Shown here: positions 27,415 to 38,824 of the stretch, one piece after another
Position numbering within the stretch: the first letter of the stretch is position 1
How the letters are laid out: every line of letters starts with the position of its first letter
NCBI GenBank assembly: GCA_973895155.1
Contig: OZ316892.1
Coordinates: 10,862,320 to 10,926,319, forward strand
DNA length: 64,000 bases
Reading direction: 5' to 3'
From: Marsupella aquatica
Taxonomy: Eukaryota; Plantae; Marchantiophyta
Notes under the pieces: model-generated
What the model was told of the DNA's origin: nothing
The model's input: the letters and a program-made list of their open reading frames with translations, nothing else
Database searches by the model: none
Position numbers and translations under genes: made by a program

Positions 27415-28752
27415 CGAAGTATTTCACACATGGAAAATGGGTTTTTCTCACTGACGGGGTTCTCGATGCAGGCATTGGAGAACACATTCCACGACGTGGT
27501 GGTAGATGTGATGGGAGGAGAAATTGTATCCAATGAAGTGCCTTCCCAGTCATATTTTTAGCTTGGTACGTCGTGATTGTCCACTCATAGAAGTGCCCGA
27601 CCGATGTAGTTGGGCAATCATTTAGCTTGGCTTTCGCCAAGTTAAGGTCTACTTATAACGCTTGTGTATATTGCCAAGGAAAATGGGTCAAGTTGAGGCC
27701 CTGACGCCCATATCTGCTGAGGTCGAAGTGCCGGCCTAAGTTTTACTGTCATCAACGACAGAAAGTCGAAGCAGCATGTTTACTCGACATACTGAGAGCT
27801 TTCTAGATTTTGGAACGGATGACGTTAGATCAATATTTATAGTGCATAGAATAGAATTGTATTCACAATGGTGCCTGAAGCTAACACCGTAGCCTTTTTG
27901 TAGAAAGAGCAGTGATCAGGTATCATTGATTATTAGGGAGTTTCGCCGGTTGGAACTTGGTTGTACAGGAAAGAAGCCGAAAGTTTACGCATTTTACGGA
28001 GACTCTGCTCGATTGATTCTTGCTCTTGTTTTGTGCGAGCAATGTGATTATTTTTGTTACGGATGCTTAAATGAACTCAGAAGCACGAAACATCAACAAT
28101 CAAAGGTTTCTGCAATATTATTTGTATTTTGAATCATGAAAGATAATTTCGGCTGAAAAATGTATCTGGATAGTACACCAGCAATTGCAGTCTCTAACCA
28201 GAACTAGACGACGACACAAAACAGAATATGTAATTAGTACAACATAATACGGTGATGGAAGTCTCAAACTAAACTCTGGAATGTCTCGCGAGACAGAATG
28301 AGCATGAGAACGAGACAGAATCACAAACTTCCAAACAGCTTTGACAACAAGACATAACACTTTTCAAAACGAGACACTAAATACTACATGGCAAAATAAT
28401 ATTAGACAACTGGCCACCAAGTCAGGTTTCTGCGATAATTTTGAGTGAAGATAGGCAGATTGGCTGAAAAGTACAATGCAAAATCAAAGATTTGAGTCAC
28501 ACCGCAAAATCATTCTCCCTAGTGCAGAAACTGCCAAAATTTATTCGCGACCTCCCCACTACTGAACGAACGGTGCTGCACTCATGCTGAACATTCGAGT
28601 AATTTGTATCGCAGTAGCAGAGCACAGTCCCTCGGCAAATGGCTGTGTCGCAAAACAAAAGGAATATGTGATTCGCGAAACAGAAAAGTTGCCAGTTGGT
28701 AAATGTATCAATCAACCAACTTCCAACAGATTCGACCACAACACCGTGCATG

Positions 28753-29020
28753 TTCAAAACGAGACTCATGATGCTGCTCATTCATTTTAAAAACCATATG
28801 CCTTCGGGTCTTTCTGAGGGGAGCACGGGACGACAATGTGCTCTACATACATCTGGAGAGTAAGAACACTTAACTGAATGTAAAACAAATTCAAAACGAG
28901 ACTCATGATGCTGCTCATTCATTTAAGAAACCATATTGCCTTTGGGTCTTTGTGAGGGGAGCACGGGACGACAATATGCTCTACATACACCTGGAGAGTA
29001 ACAAAACTTAACCGAATGTA
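28753..29020 (+). repeat. ~137-bp tandem duplication with a partial third copy at ~29124-29162
   Basis: TTCAAAACGAGACTCATGATGCTGCTCATTCATTT...GAGGGGAGCACGGGACGACAAT...CTGGAGAGTAA...CTTAAC.GAATGTA at 28753-28882 and 28890-29020. Confidence 0.9.
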
Positions 29021-29734
29021 GCTCAAAGAGTCCTCATGAGCATGTACATCTCAGACAGAAAAAGAATTGTAGCTGATTTTTTAGTCCACGTGAGCTGACG
29101 AGGGTGGTTTCGTAGTCCTATTCGTACATCTGGAGTGACCGAAAACTTAACTGATTGTAGCTAATTGTTGAGACCGCATGAGCTGACCAGGACACAAGGA
29201 CATGTAGACACCGAAGTAGGCACATCTTAAGCTCTTAACAAATAGACAGGACAGGATACCAGCATGATTAAAACCGAAGGCCAGTAGTCCCTTGCCATGG
29301 CAAAGGACGATGCTAAGTAAAGCCGGCCGAGTGAATAGTTTGTGTAGAAAAAGAATACTTGAAGCTTTGAACAAATTTGTCCCAAAAGCAATTTACATGC
29401 AACCCCTAAACCACATACCCGCTCAAGTTACTTTTGTTTGAAAGACATTTCTTGTTTGAGGCTCCAGACAAAATCACTTCTAAAGCAGTTGTCATGCAGA
29501 TCTTTGGTCACCTCTCGCCGAAAACCAGAAAAGATATTAGTCATGCATCCCACTCAAGTTGTTGTACCATTTTCCAATGAGGGGAGACTTCAAACCTGCA
29601 CTAAATGACGAGGGCTTGCCGTATGCCAGCGTCGCTCTAGATGCCTCCTGTCTCCCGGTTTGGACTTGCCCGGCAAATAGACCGTTTTAAGGCCGTCAAC
29701 CGGCAAGCCGACACCCGGTCTCTCCCGGTCGTCA

Positions 29735-30366
29735 TCATCCGGTCCCGGCCCGAGTAAATCCGGTCCCGGCCTGAGTACTCCCGGTCCTCTTCCCTCCCGG
29801 CCCCGGACCCTAAACTTCCCCCGGCCCGGACCCTTCACCCTCCCGGCCCGGACCCTAACGCCCCCCCCCCCCGCCCCGGACCCTTCACCCTCCCGACCTG
29901 GACCCTAAAGCCCCCCCCCGCCCCGGACCCTAAAGCCCTCCCGGCCCGGACCCTAAAGGCCCCCGCCCGGCCCGGACCCTAAAGCCCTCCCCCCGGCCCG
30001 GACCCTAAAGCCCCCCCCGGCCCGGACCCTAAAGCTCCCCCCCCCTCCCTCCCCGGACCCTAAAGCCCCCCCCGGCCCGGACCCTAAAGCTCCCACCCCT
30101 CCCACCCCGGACCCTAAAGCCCCCCCCCGGCCCGGACCCCCCCTCCCGGCCCGGACCCTAAAGCCCCCCCCTCCGCCCCGGTCCCTAAAGCCCCCCCGGC
30201 CCGGGCCCACCATGAGGGACCGGGTCGGGCGGGGGTGGGCCGGGCCGGGCCGGGCCGGGGGGGCTTTAGGGTTAGGTCGCGAGGAGGGCAGCCGCCGGGG
30301 GGGATCGGGCTCGGCCACCCGGGGTCGGCTCGCGAGGTGGGGTGGGGGGATGAGTCCGGGACCGGG
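29735..30366. repeat. Left subterminal array of the hAT element (CCGGACCCTAAAGCCCC units, then a G-rich segment)
   Basis: More than 10 degenerate CCCGGACCCTAAAG(C)n units; extreme GC content. Confidence 0.9.
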
Positions 30367-30368
30367 GC

Positions 30369-30456
30369 TATAAAGTGAGGAGGTCTCCTCACTTTCTCTC
30401 ATTACTAACTTCTCAACTAAAGTTTGCTTGTTTTGTAGGAGAGACCTTTGGTAAGT
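30369..30456 (+). promoter_or_regulatory. Putative TATA box and 5'-UTR splice donor for the hAT cargo transcript
   Basis: TATAAAG at 30369 directly follows the GC array. Donor TTG/GTAAGT at 30451 precedes a T-rich intron, with a candidate acceptor TTCAG at ~31055 upstream of ATG 31169. Confidence 0.45.
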
Positions 30457-31168
30457 TTTTCTTGCTTTTGCTTATGTTTTGCTTAGTTTTGAGTTTAGTT
30501 TACTAGTTTTTGAATTGTTTTGAGTCTTTTTTTTGCTATGCTTTGCCATGTATGACTTTAACATTTAGTTTTAATTTGGAGGGATATTAGTGTTCTCACG
30601 AATGCGCATGCTTGGAGCTTATGCTTGGCATGTGGTATTTCGTATGAGAGGACCTAATATTGCCTTAATAGTTTAGTGTGATTTGTGAATTGAGTGGAGT
30701 ATTTTCTAGGATAGAGATTTTCATGTACGCATGCTTGGAGTTTCCGCTCGGCATGTGGTACTCTGCATGGATATCTCGATTCCTTGTAAATATTTCCACA
30801 ACATTTACAAATGACATCTAAATTATAGGTTTCACATAGATTGGAATAGGAATGTAACAACTTGAAGAAAAAGACATCTTTTGTGCGCATGCTTGGAGTT
30901 TCGGCTTGGCATGTGGTATTTCACATAGTTGTCTTTCCCCTTCATCGTTGTTACTTTCAAAGTACTAAACAAACGAATAAAAAATTGAACAAATATTAAA
31001 ATTTCATTGCTTGGGTATTATTGGTACCAACACAAAGTGTGAAATGACATTTCAGGATTTTTGATCCAGCTTTATTGTACTTGCATCATCCATACCCTCG
31101 GCAAGCAGCCAACACACTCCGTAAGCGCCTATTCTTTGTCCTACAACTTGTTGTGGTTACTTGAGAAC

Positions 31169-32826
31169 ATGGCCGCTGCAAATGTGAGTGTAGAGTATAT
31201 GAAACTTTTTGAGGCAATGAAGACCATGCTAAACGAGGGATATCAACCAGATCCTCATGCCCTCAATGCTCTACGGAATGCTCACAAAACCTTAGAAATT
31301 TGTAAACATGGCAAAACCTTAGGGAAACGGAAACATAGAGGAGGAGCAATTGGTGCTGCATTGAAAGAGAGAAGGCAACATGTGTTAGTTGCGATTTGGA
31401 AAAAGATTCTATATCCCTACACTTTGCCAGCACAGTATGAGCAGGATGGCTTTGAGAGGAAGTATGCTATGCATGGAGTAGAGGGTTACAAAAACCTTTT
31501 AAATGACATGTGACGTTGCATGCGTGAGACTGTGGAGAAAGAAGAGGACATGACCCGAGATGAAATTGCTGCCTTAATAAGTGATTTTGAGAAGCCGGGT
31601 GGATTTGTTGAACATTTGACGTTGAACTTTGCGGTAAATCTTTGGGACAAGTTGGAATCCAATTTGGATGAGGCTGGGGCCGTCATGCTTGGAGTTCCTG
31701 GGCTATACACACATAGAAGAGATTTGCTAGCTAAATGGAGCAAAGAGTTAGCAATGGCCAAATCGGAGAGTAATGTCAAATATGCAAGCAAGGTCGTGCA
31801 GTTTGGAGAGATTGGCATGGAGGTTGCAGATAGAGGAACGCGTCCATCACGAGTTGTTCCCATGGTCAGGAGTATTCATTTCTTGAGGAGGGAGCAAGTA
31901 TCGAATTTGCATCGCATTGGAAGCGGCATCCAAGGACATGTGTTCATATGTCATATATTGGATTGCCCATTGATTCCTCGAAATGCAACACTGGTTGCAA
32001 AACGATTTAAGGATGGAGACCGGCACAAGAGACGAACAGATGCCTTACAGAAGTGCTCATGGGAGGTTTGAATCACAAAAGAATAATTGGGGTCTTGGCA
32101 ATGACTATCGAAGATCCACCGAAACTTATCTATGACCATTACAATGGAGGAGACTTGGGAAGCTTCATAGATAAGTGTGGGAAATGGAGTAAGAGCAAAG
32201 GGAAGACACAATCCACTTTTGAGGTTGATGTGACATTCATATCCAAAAAGAAACTCTTTTTGGAACATCGTTTGGGGATTGCTATGGCTCTATTGGAGAC
32301 CTTGCAATATTTGCATGCACACGACCGTTTCCATTGTGATCTTCATTTTGGGAACATCCTTCTTCACTTTGATCACGAGGATGATTTGGCAATTAGAGTT
32401 TATGTAGGAATATGTGATTTTGGGTTGTCCAAACACAAGTCACAATGCACATTACCACAAAATCGAATGTGGCCCACCCCTACAGAGAAAGCAGTTGCGT
32501 ATCAAAAACAATATCCACAATTGGCGCCTGAGCTAGTTCGTTCCGATCCAGTAGAGTACAGTCAAGCAACTGACATATATGCTTTGGGCAATGTCTTTGA
32601 GACATTACTCACAAAAAATTGGGATGGAATGACCCCAATGACACGATATTTGAATAGGGGTTGGAATGCTAGAGAGCATGGCCTTAAATTGGATATTATG
32701 ATACGTGACATGATGGCCATTGATGTCAAGAAAAGAATGGATTGTGTTCATTGGAGTTTGAGAATGATGAGGACATTCCAAGATTGTAGATTAGTTCAGC
32801 ACAATAGTCCTTATCTAAGAGATTAG
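31169..32826 (+). pseudogene. Cargo gene 1: N-terminal helical region plus TKL-like protein kinase (~552 aa reconstructed)
   Basis: ORFs 31061-31513 and 31520-32071 are in frame across one TGA; a 1-nt frameshift near 32050 joins 32053-32826. Kinase motifs: IGSGIQGHV, VAKRF, E of helix C (ALQEVL), HCDLHFGNILL, ICDFGLS, LAPE, TDIYALG. Confidence 0.88.
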
Positions 32827-33010
32827 AGATTTCATAGTTTCATCGTGAATGACAATGATAGATGTCATGAACTATTATCTATTTAATCATGTCATATGAA
32901 TTAAATGTATTACTCATTTTGCTTCATTGTATTTTGTTATCAATTTTATCTTGAAGGGTGTATGGTGAATGAATGCTAAAAATGTTTTTATTATTGTAGA
33001 ATCTGCAAGG

Positions 33011-34825
33011 ATGGGAAAATGGGATTTGGAATCCGACGAGGAGGAAAAACCTAAAAAGATTCTATATTTATATTTACAACCTGCTCAGGATTTACACCTT
33101 TGGTCTCAGGATCAATACGCTGAAGAAGATTCTCAACCCATAGACGAGGACATTGGAATGAGTAGCAATCATGTAGGGCAAAGCATAACCAAAACGGATG
33201 AGGACACCAAGGATGTTGAATGGAATATCACAATGCCAAATATGAAACCTCCTCACAATGAATGACCCATCAACGCCAAAGAATTGGAGATATTGATGCC
33301 ACGTGTGGAGTTCCAAAAATGGATGAAAATCATTTTTGATGATGAAAATTTATGGGCCACAAGGTCTTGGATGCAAAAGAAGTACACAATGTCCAAGGTA
33401 ACACATGTGGAAATTGGCAAGCATTGGCAGCAAAGATTTCGAGAGTATGCTCCAAAGAAAGCGTAAGGCAAAACAAGCTCGGTTTATCCTCCTTTTCTCC
33501 GACTCCTAATTGCTGAATTTATTCTCAAGTGGAAGGTGGATTATCGTTGGGAAACAGAAGAGGGCAAGATGACTCACTCTGTACATCAGTCTGTCCTGGA
33601 CATTGCAGGTTTCAAGAACAACAAAAATACTACAAAAGATATGTCGAGTCAAGCAACCAACAAAGGGTCAAAAAGAAAGATACATGATGTGCAAGACATT
33701 CATGCACATCAGAAAGATAAGCCGACTGCACTGGAACGACTCTTCACTAAATCTGAAAGTTTCAGCGCACCAAAACATGTGGACAAAATATCAAACATTG
33801 CAGCATCTACAAGTAACAATTTACCAGAAAAGTTCACTGGTGTTTTGGATCCAAAGAAAGAATCATTGAGCATGGAGATTGTGTGCAAAAGTTTGGGCAC
33901 AGAGATTGGTCATTTGATTGAGAATAATCTCCGCACAAAGTTTTGTCTTGACCTTTGTGAAGCTGGCAGCATTGACTACTACAAGTCAAAGTTGCAAGAT
34001 AATGTTTTGAAGATGAAAGCAATGGAAAAAATGCCCATTCAAAGTGTGACTACTTTGGAGGTGAAGGAATACAAGGTGCAACTGTACGACAAGATGGAGG
34101 AGATTGCAAAGCTCAACAAACAACTTGCCCAAAAGGATGGTCAATGTAGTAAAATGAAACAAGTTCAAGAGGCAGATAGAGTCATTGAGGATTTGAAGAA
34201 TCAGGTTGCATCACAAGAGGTGATCATAAGCAATCTGCAAGAGGAGATCGAGCAAATGAACACTGCTGAGGTGGATGGGCAGTCAGACAAGGAAAAATCA
34301 AGATGCAAGAACTACAATTATATGAACTTGCAAATGATTGATCCTACGGGAGAATCTCATCTTTTTCCAGATGTGGAGGAGGATCCAGAAGATGTAGAGA
34401 AATTTTTTGACAAGTGGAAGACCGATGAAAGTATGGCCCAATTTGTTTGAGAAAAGGATGGAAGATGTACTTGGTGCTTGTATCCATGGGGTCCTGAATC
34501 TGTTTCCATTTTGGGAACATGCGGTCACTTATGGCATCATGCTTGCTTGTTTCGGTGGATGAAGAAGAGCCGAAAATGTTGGTGTCGGAAACCATTTCAT
34601 GAACGAGAGTATGAGCAACGAGGTTTGTTGAAACAAATACCACCAATGGAGACACAGCAAGACACTGAAGACATGACTCAAGAGAGTATTGCAATGGCAC
34701 AGATCGATTCAAGGCCCATTGACAACTTCATAGTTAATGAATACAACTTGTTAGATGGTGACTTTGACAATTTGCTATTCAGCGGTAGATTCCAACAGTG
34801 GAAGGAATATGCCATGGCGAATTGA
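33011..34825 (+). pseudogene. Cargo gene 2: coiled-coil plus C-terminal RING-H2-like finger (~604 aa reconstructed)
   Basis: ORFs 32969-33265, 33284-33466, 33536-34450 and 34478-34825 share one frame, broken by 3 single stops. The coiled coil is at ~34060-34270. RING pattern: CTWC-x14-CGHLWHHAC-x9-CWC. Confidence 0.8.
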
Positions 34826-35048
34826 CCAACAACAGATGAGCAAAACATGCAGCGATCTATTCGTCGCCATCGTCGTCGTCAGCAACTGGTAGAGGTGAAA
34901 GCAAAAGCGCAAGACAATGAGAACCCAAATGAGTAGATTGCACACACAATGTTTAGTATAGCATATTTTATTGCATAGGACATGCACAATCCGACATAGT
35001 ATATCATAGTTTGTTGTATAGTACTAGCATGTAATACCTAAACAGATA

Positions 35049-36998
35049 TCAAGGTTGTGACGAAAAGTGCCTTGTGTTATTGTTCTCATTTTCTTGCAAC
35101 TGTCGATCAAATTGAAATTGTCTTGTCATCCATTGGACCGGATCTGCGCTATGATATTCTTGAAATGCCCCAACACGGGCATGTATGCTTGATGTGTATG
35201 GATTTGTCATGTTCTGTCTTTCATACATATTTTGTGTTGGAGAAGCATGTTGTCCCCACTGTGCATCATCAGGTTGCGCAAACAAAGTTGATGTTATTCT
35301 CTCAGGACAGAGCTCCGATGCAGCACCTCGTCGTTGAAATAAGTACGAAGTACTTGCTTGGACATCATTTTGTAGATTCAATGTTGGGTATGTGAAGGAT
35401 GGGTTTGGTTGGGAAGACACTACAAAGTTTGCATCAAATGAGTAGTCCTCGTCATCCTGAATTTGAGACTCATCGATTGTAGGGAACATCATTAAATCCA
35501 TTTCATCTTCCCATTCTCCGACATCACTTATTTCAGTATCTGGTGGAATACGAGTCAACATGTCACTATCAGTGTGTAATGATAATCCTTGCAAAGCCTC
35601 ATCTGCGTCATCAATTGTATCAAAATCCTTCACGTCATCCTCTCCAAGAGCTGCACATGTAACACCATGTTGTTTAGTGTGACATCCTTCTATGGAAGTA
35701 GGCCTCGGGCCATCATTTGTTGCTGTTATTTCATCATATCGTCTATACATAGACGTATGAGGGTTTCTCACCTTCGTGAGCCCTTTTTGCACCCTCGAAT
35801 TTGTGAATACAAAAACCAAGTCTTTTGCCCAATCATTGGTCAACCTATTACGGCTTTTTGAATGGATAAAGCCGTACGAACTCCAATTTCGTTCGCATGA
35901 AGATGCACATATTTGTTGATGCGTGATTCTTCTCGCCATCAATCTTAGCTCCGCGTAATCAGCTCCATACAAATGCCACCATTCTCCTGGACTTAATTTT
36001 CCAATATTTGATTGTGCTCCTCTAATTGCAACCGATGAATTTGGCAATTTTTGAGCCTCAAATGCCTGCATTTGGATGTCAGAAATAAGTGTCGTCACAT
36101 CTCGATCATGGTTGATTCCTGCCTTCACCTTGTGTTCTGCATATCTACGAACATAATCATTGAAGCTTCTATACAGTTCTGCATCTCCTGCCACATCTTC
36201 ATCTTCATCGAAGAAAAATTGAGGATTCAGATATGCTGCTGCTAACATGAAATCAGTAGTAAGTGATTTTTGTCGTTCCATATACACTTTCATTATCTTT
36301 GGTTTTAAGTAATCTGTTACTAATGTACAACCCTCCATGCTCGCCTCCAGTTTAGCTATTCCTTTTTTCAAGCTCCAATATAGCCAAGGAGATTGTGGTG
36401 AAACTCCATCGAATTCTCGCAACATCTTCACCAACGGCAGAAAAAAGCAACTGTAGATTTTACTTGAGCCCAAAATGTATCTTGCTGTATCCACGATTTA
36501 AGTTCGTCTGCCTTTCCCCTCGTCATATGCCCCTGTGACTTTGGTCGAACTGGCAGACGATCACGATAGGATTGCCATTTATCATCAGTGACCATTTGTT
36601 GTAAAGCTCCTCTTAGCTCCAATGCTCTCTGCGCCATTAAAAAATTTGTTGCAAATCTCGTTGCATTTGGATTTAACATCTTCCTGTCACCAGATTTCCT
36701 CACAAATATTGCAGACAACTTTTGTGATGATGTAACTGCTTTAACTATCCATCTCAAGTGCTTAAAAATCATTTTGAATGGATTTTTTTCTGCTCATCTA
36801 GCACAACATTCTTGTGGCCACACATGTCTTCTAGCAACAAATTAAAAACGTGGGCAGCACACCAACTTCATGTCACATGCGGATATTTTTTCATGACTAT
36901 CTCTTCACCTGCTACACGATTTGCAGGCGCCCCATCGGTAACAATTTGTATGATGTGATCGGCGCCAATGTCATCTATGTATTTTAACCACATGTCAC
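35049..36998 (-). pseudogene. hAT transposase, central and C-terminal part (DUF659-like/RNaseH-like core and hATC dimerisation domain)
   Basis: Motifs QIVTDGA, WCAAHVFNLLLED, PNATRFATNF, AAYLNP, EWWHLYG...ASSCERNWSSYGFIHSKSRNRL. One internal stop, a frameshift near 36440-36490, and interruption by the copia at 36999. Confidence 0.93.
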
Positions 36999-37343
36999 TG
37001 TTAGATATTGCTCTAGTCTTGTGACTCATGAGCTAACTACAGTTAGGCTAACTCGGGTTAGGACTTAGCTAATGTTAGCGGTAGTGCTGTTGTGTATATA
37101 GCCAGGGCTGATGCCAGACCCTGGTGGAACTTAGGCTCATTGTTACGGAGCTAGTTGAGAGATAGGGAGAGCTTGTGCTGTGGATGCTTGGTATGGCCGG
37201 TCGGCCTAGAGTGCAGTAAAGCTCTTGTGTGTTCCCGTGGACGTAGCCTCATGCAGAGGTGAACCACGTATCTCTCTGTGTCGACTATTGTGCGTTGGAG
37301 GGGTTCATGGGCTTGCCGTTACGAATGTCGTCAATGCTCAACA
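36999..37343 (+). repeat. 5' LTR of the nested copia
   Basis: 345 bp, nearly identical to 52917-53260 and 58906-59249. Confidence 0.96.
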
Positions 37344-38824
37344 AGTGGTATCAGAGCATGCCTGGGAGGTGACGAGGTTTTTTCGTGACAGGTTTTTTTT
37401 TCCAGCGTTCATTGTCGATGGTACATTCAGAGTTTCATCGCATGAAACTCGAATGTGTGTGGCTGAGCGGATAGGTTAGTGAGAGGGTTTTCTAACGGTG
37501 GTTAGAACTCGCTGATCGGTATCCGTGGTGCGGAGGAATTCAAATTTGCGTCATTCAGGTTTTATTCGTGTTTGACAGCTTTTCGGGGGAGAGACCAGAG
37601 ATCGCGTTCTTCAACGGTCTGAGCTATGCGGTGCGGGAGGGATCGCACATTATAGCTCAAGTTGAAGGTTGAAGCGAGCTGGTCATTTCAGTAGCTGGAT
37701 TGCTGCCGAGTTGTAACCGAGTGCGACATGATGAGTGAGGGAGGCGTTCAGGGTTTTTTCACAAGCTATGGAGCTTGTTCACATCTGAACCGGGTTTCTC
37801 TTCGTGACGTTCGACTCGGTGGAAGAGATGTGAAGTGCCACGGCTCAACGGATTGATCGCGGTGAGGCGGTCGTTTTGAGTCCGGGATTGGTACTTGACG
37901 CGGAGTGAAGGCGACGCGGTGGAATTAATTTACTCTGTTGGAACAGCAGAATGTGCCGGTGATATTCGGCCACTTTCCCCATCGGCGGTGGTCACTTTCC
38001 TCAAGCAAACGGCAAGGCAAGAGTATCATTTTTGCTTTGGGTGGCAGTTTTGTTTTAGGTTACTATAGTGTGATTTTTTTGTGTGTATACACACGTAGTA
38101 AACTAAATTTTTTTGGGGGGCCTTTCGCCCTTCGCCCGAGCGCCCCTTGTATTGCCGTCAGCCGCGAAGCGGCTGTGCCCTTCCGGCTCCCTCCTATCTC
38201 GCCGGACCAGTACCCCAGCTGCGTACGCAGCCGTATTTTCACACGAGTGAACCTCCTGTGTACCTCGGCATTGTACCCGGCCCTTATACCGAGTATTTTT
38301 TGGTAAGGGGCCTTTGCACCCCCTTTTGGGTGCTTTTTTATTTCCTTCTTTTCCTTCCCTTTTGTTCTCCTTGTCACGGGACCTGCCGCCCTCCGATTTA
38401 ACCGCTCCGATAGGGGGAACGGCCCCCTGTGAGACCTGTCGGACTGTGCGGGAATATTCCCGAAAAACAGAGAGCTGTTTTTCGGTCGTCCGGCAAAGAT
38501 TCTGTCCGCCGAACGGTAACTTTTTTGGTTCTTTTTTGGTGAGGAGGTTGCCACTGGAGTTAGCAACGTGGCGCACCGATCACATCACGATTCCGATGAC
38601 GGGTTATACTGGGTATTTTGGTTATTCTCCGAGGTGGTCAAAATGGGGGAGTTTCCCAAGGTTTTACCCACCCCGACCGAAATTTGAATAACTTTTCCGT
38701 CGAATTTTGATTTTGATTTCGGCTTTCAGTATTGGACTCCTAGCTTCGTGGGCTACGCGGCGATGTTGAGTTTTGAGTTTTGTGAGAAGTTTCAAAAAAA
38801 GACGTTTTTTCGTGATTGTTTTAT

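Noticed and set aside
29590-30402. Gly/Pro/Arg-rich ORFs (29953-30402, 30114-30392, 29590-29838)
   Set aside because: Artefacts of translating the GC-rich hAT subterminal repeats.
30603-30922. CRISPR-like repeat-spacer appearance
   Set aside because: Eukaryotic context, only 3 imperfect repeats, long unequal spacers and no cas genes.
37938-38691. Overlapping 120-170 aa ORFs in the copia 5' leader
   Set aside because: No recognisable domain on either strand and no clear TIR/TSD for a separate insertion; treated as a GC-rich UTR.
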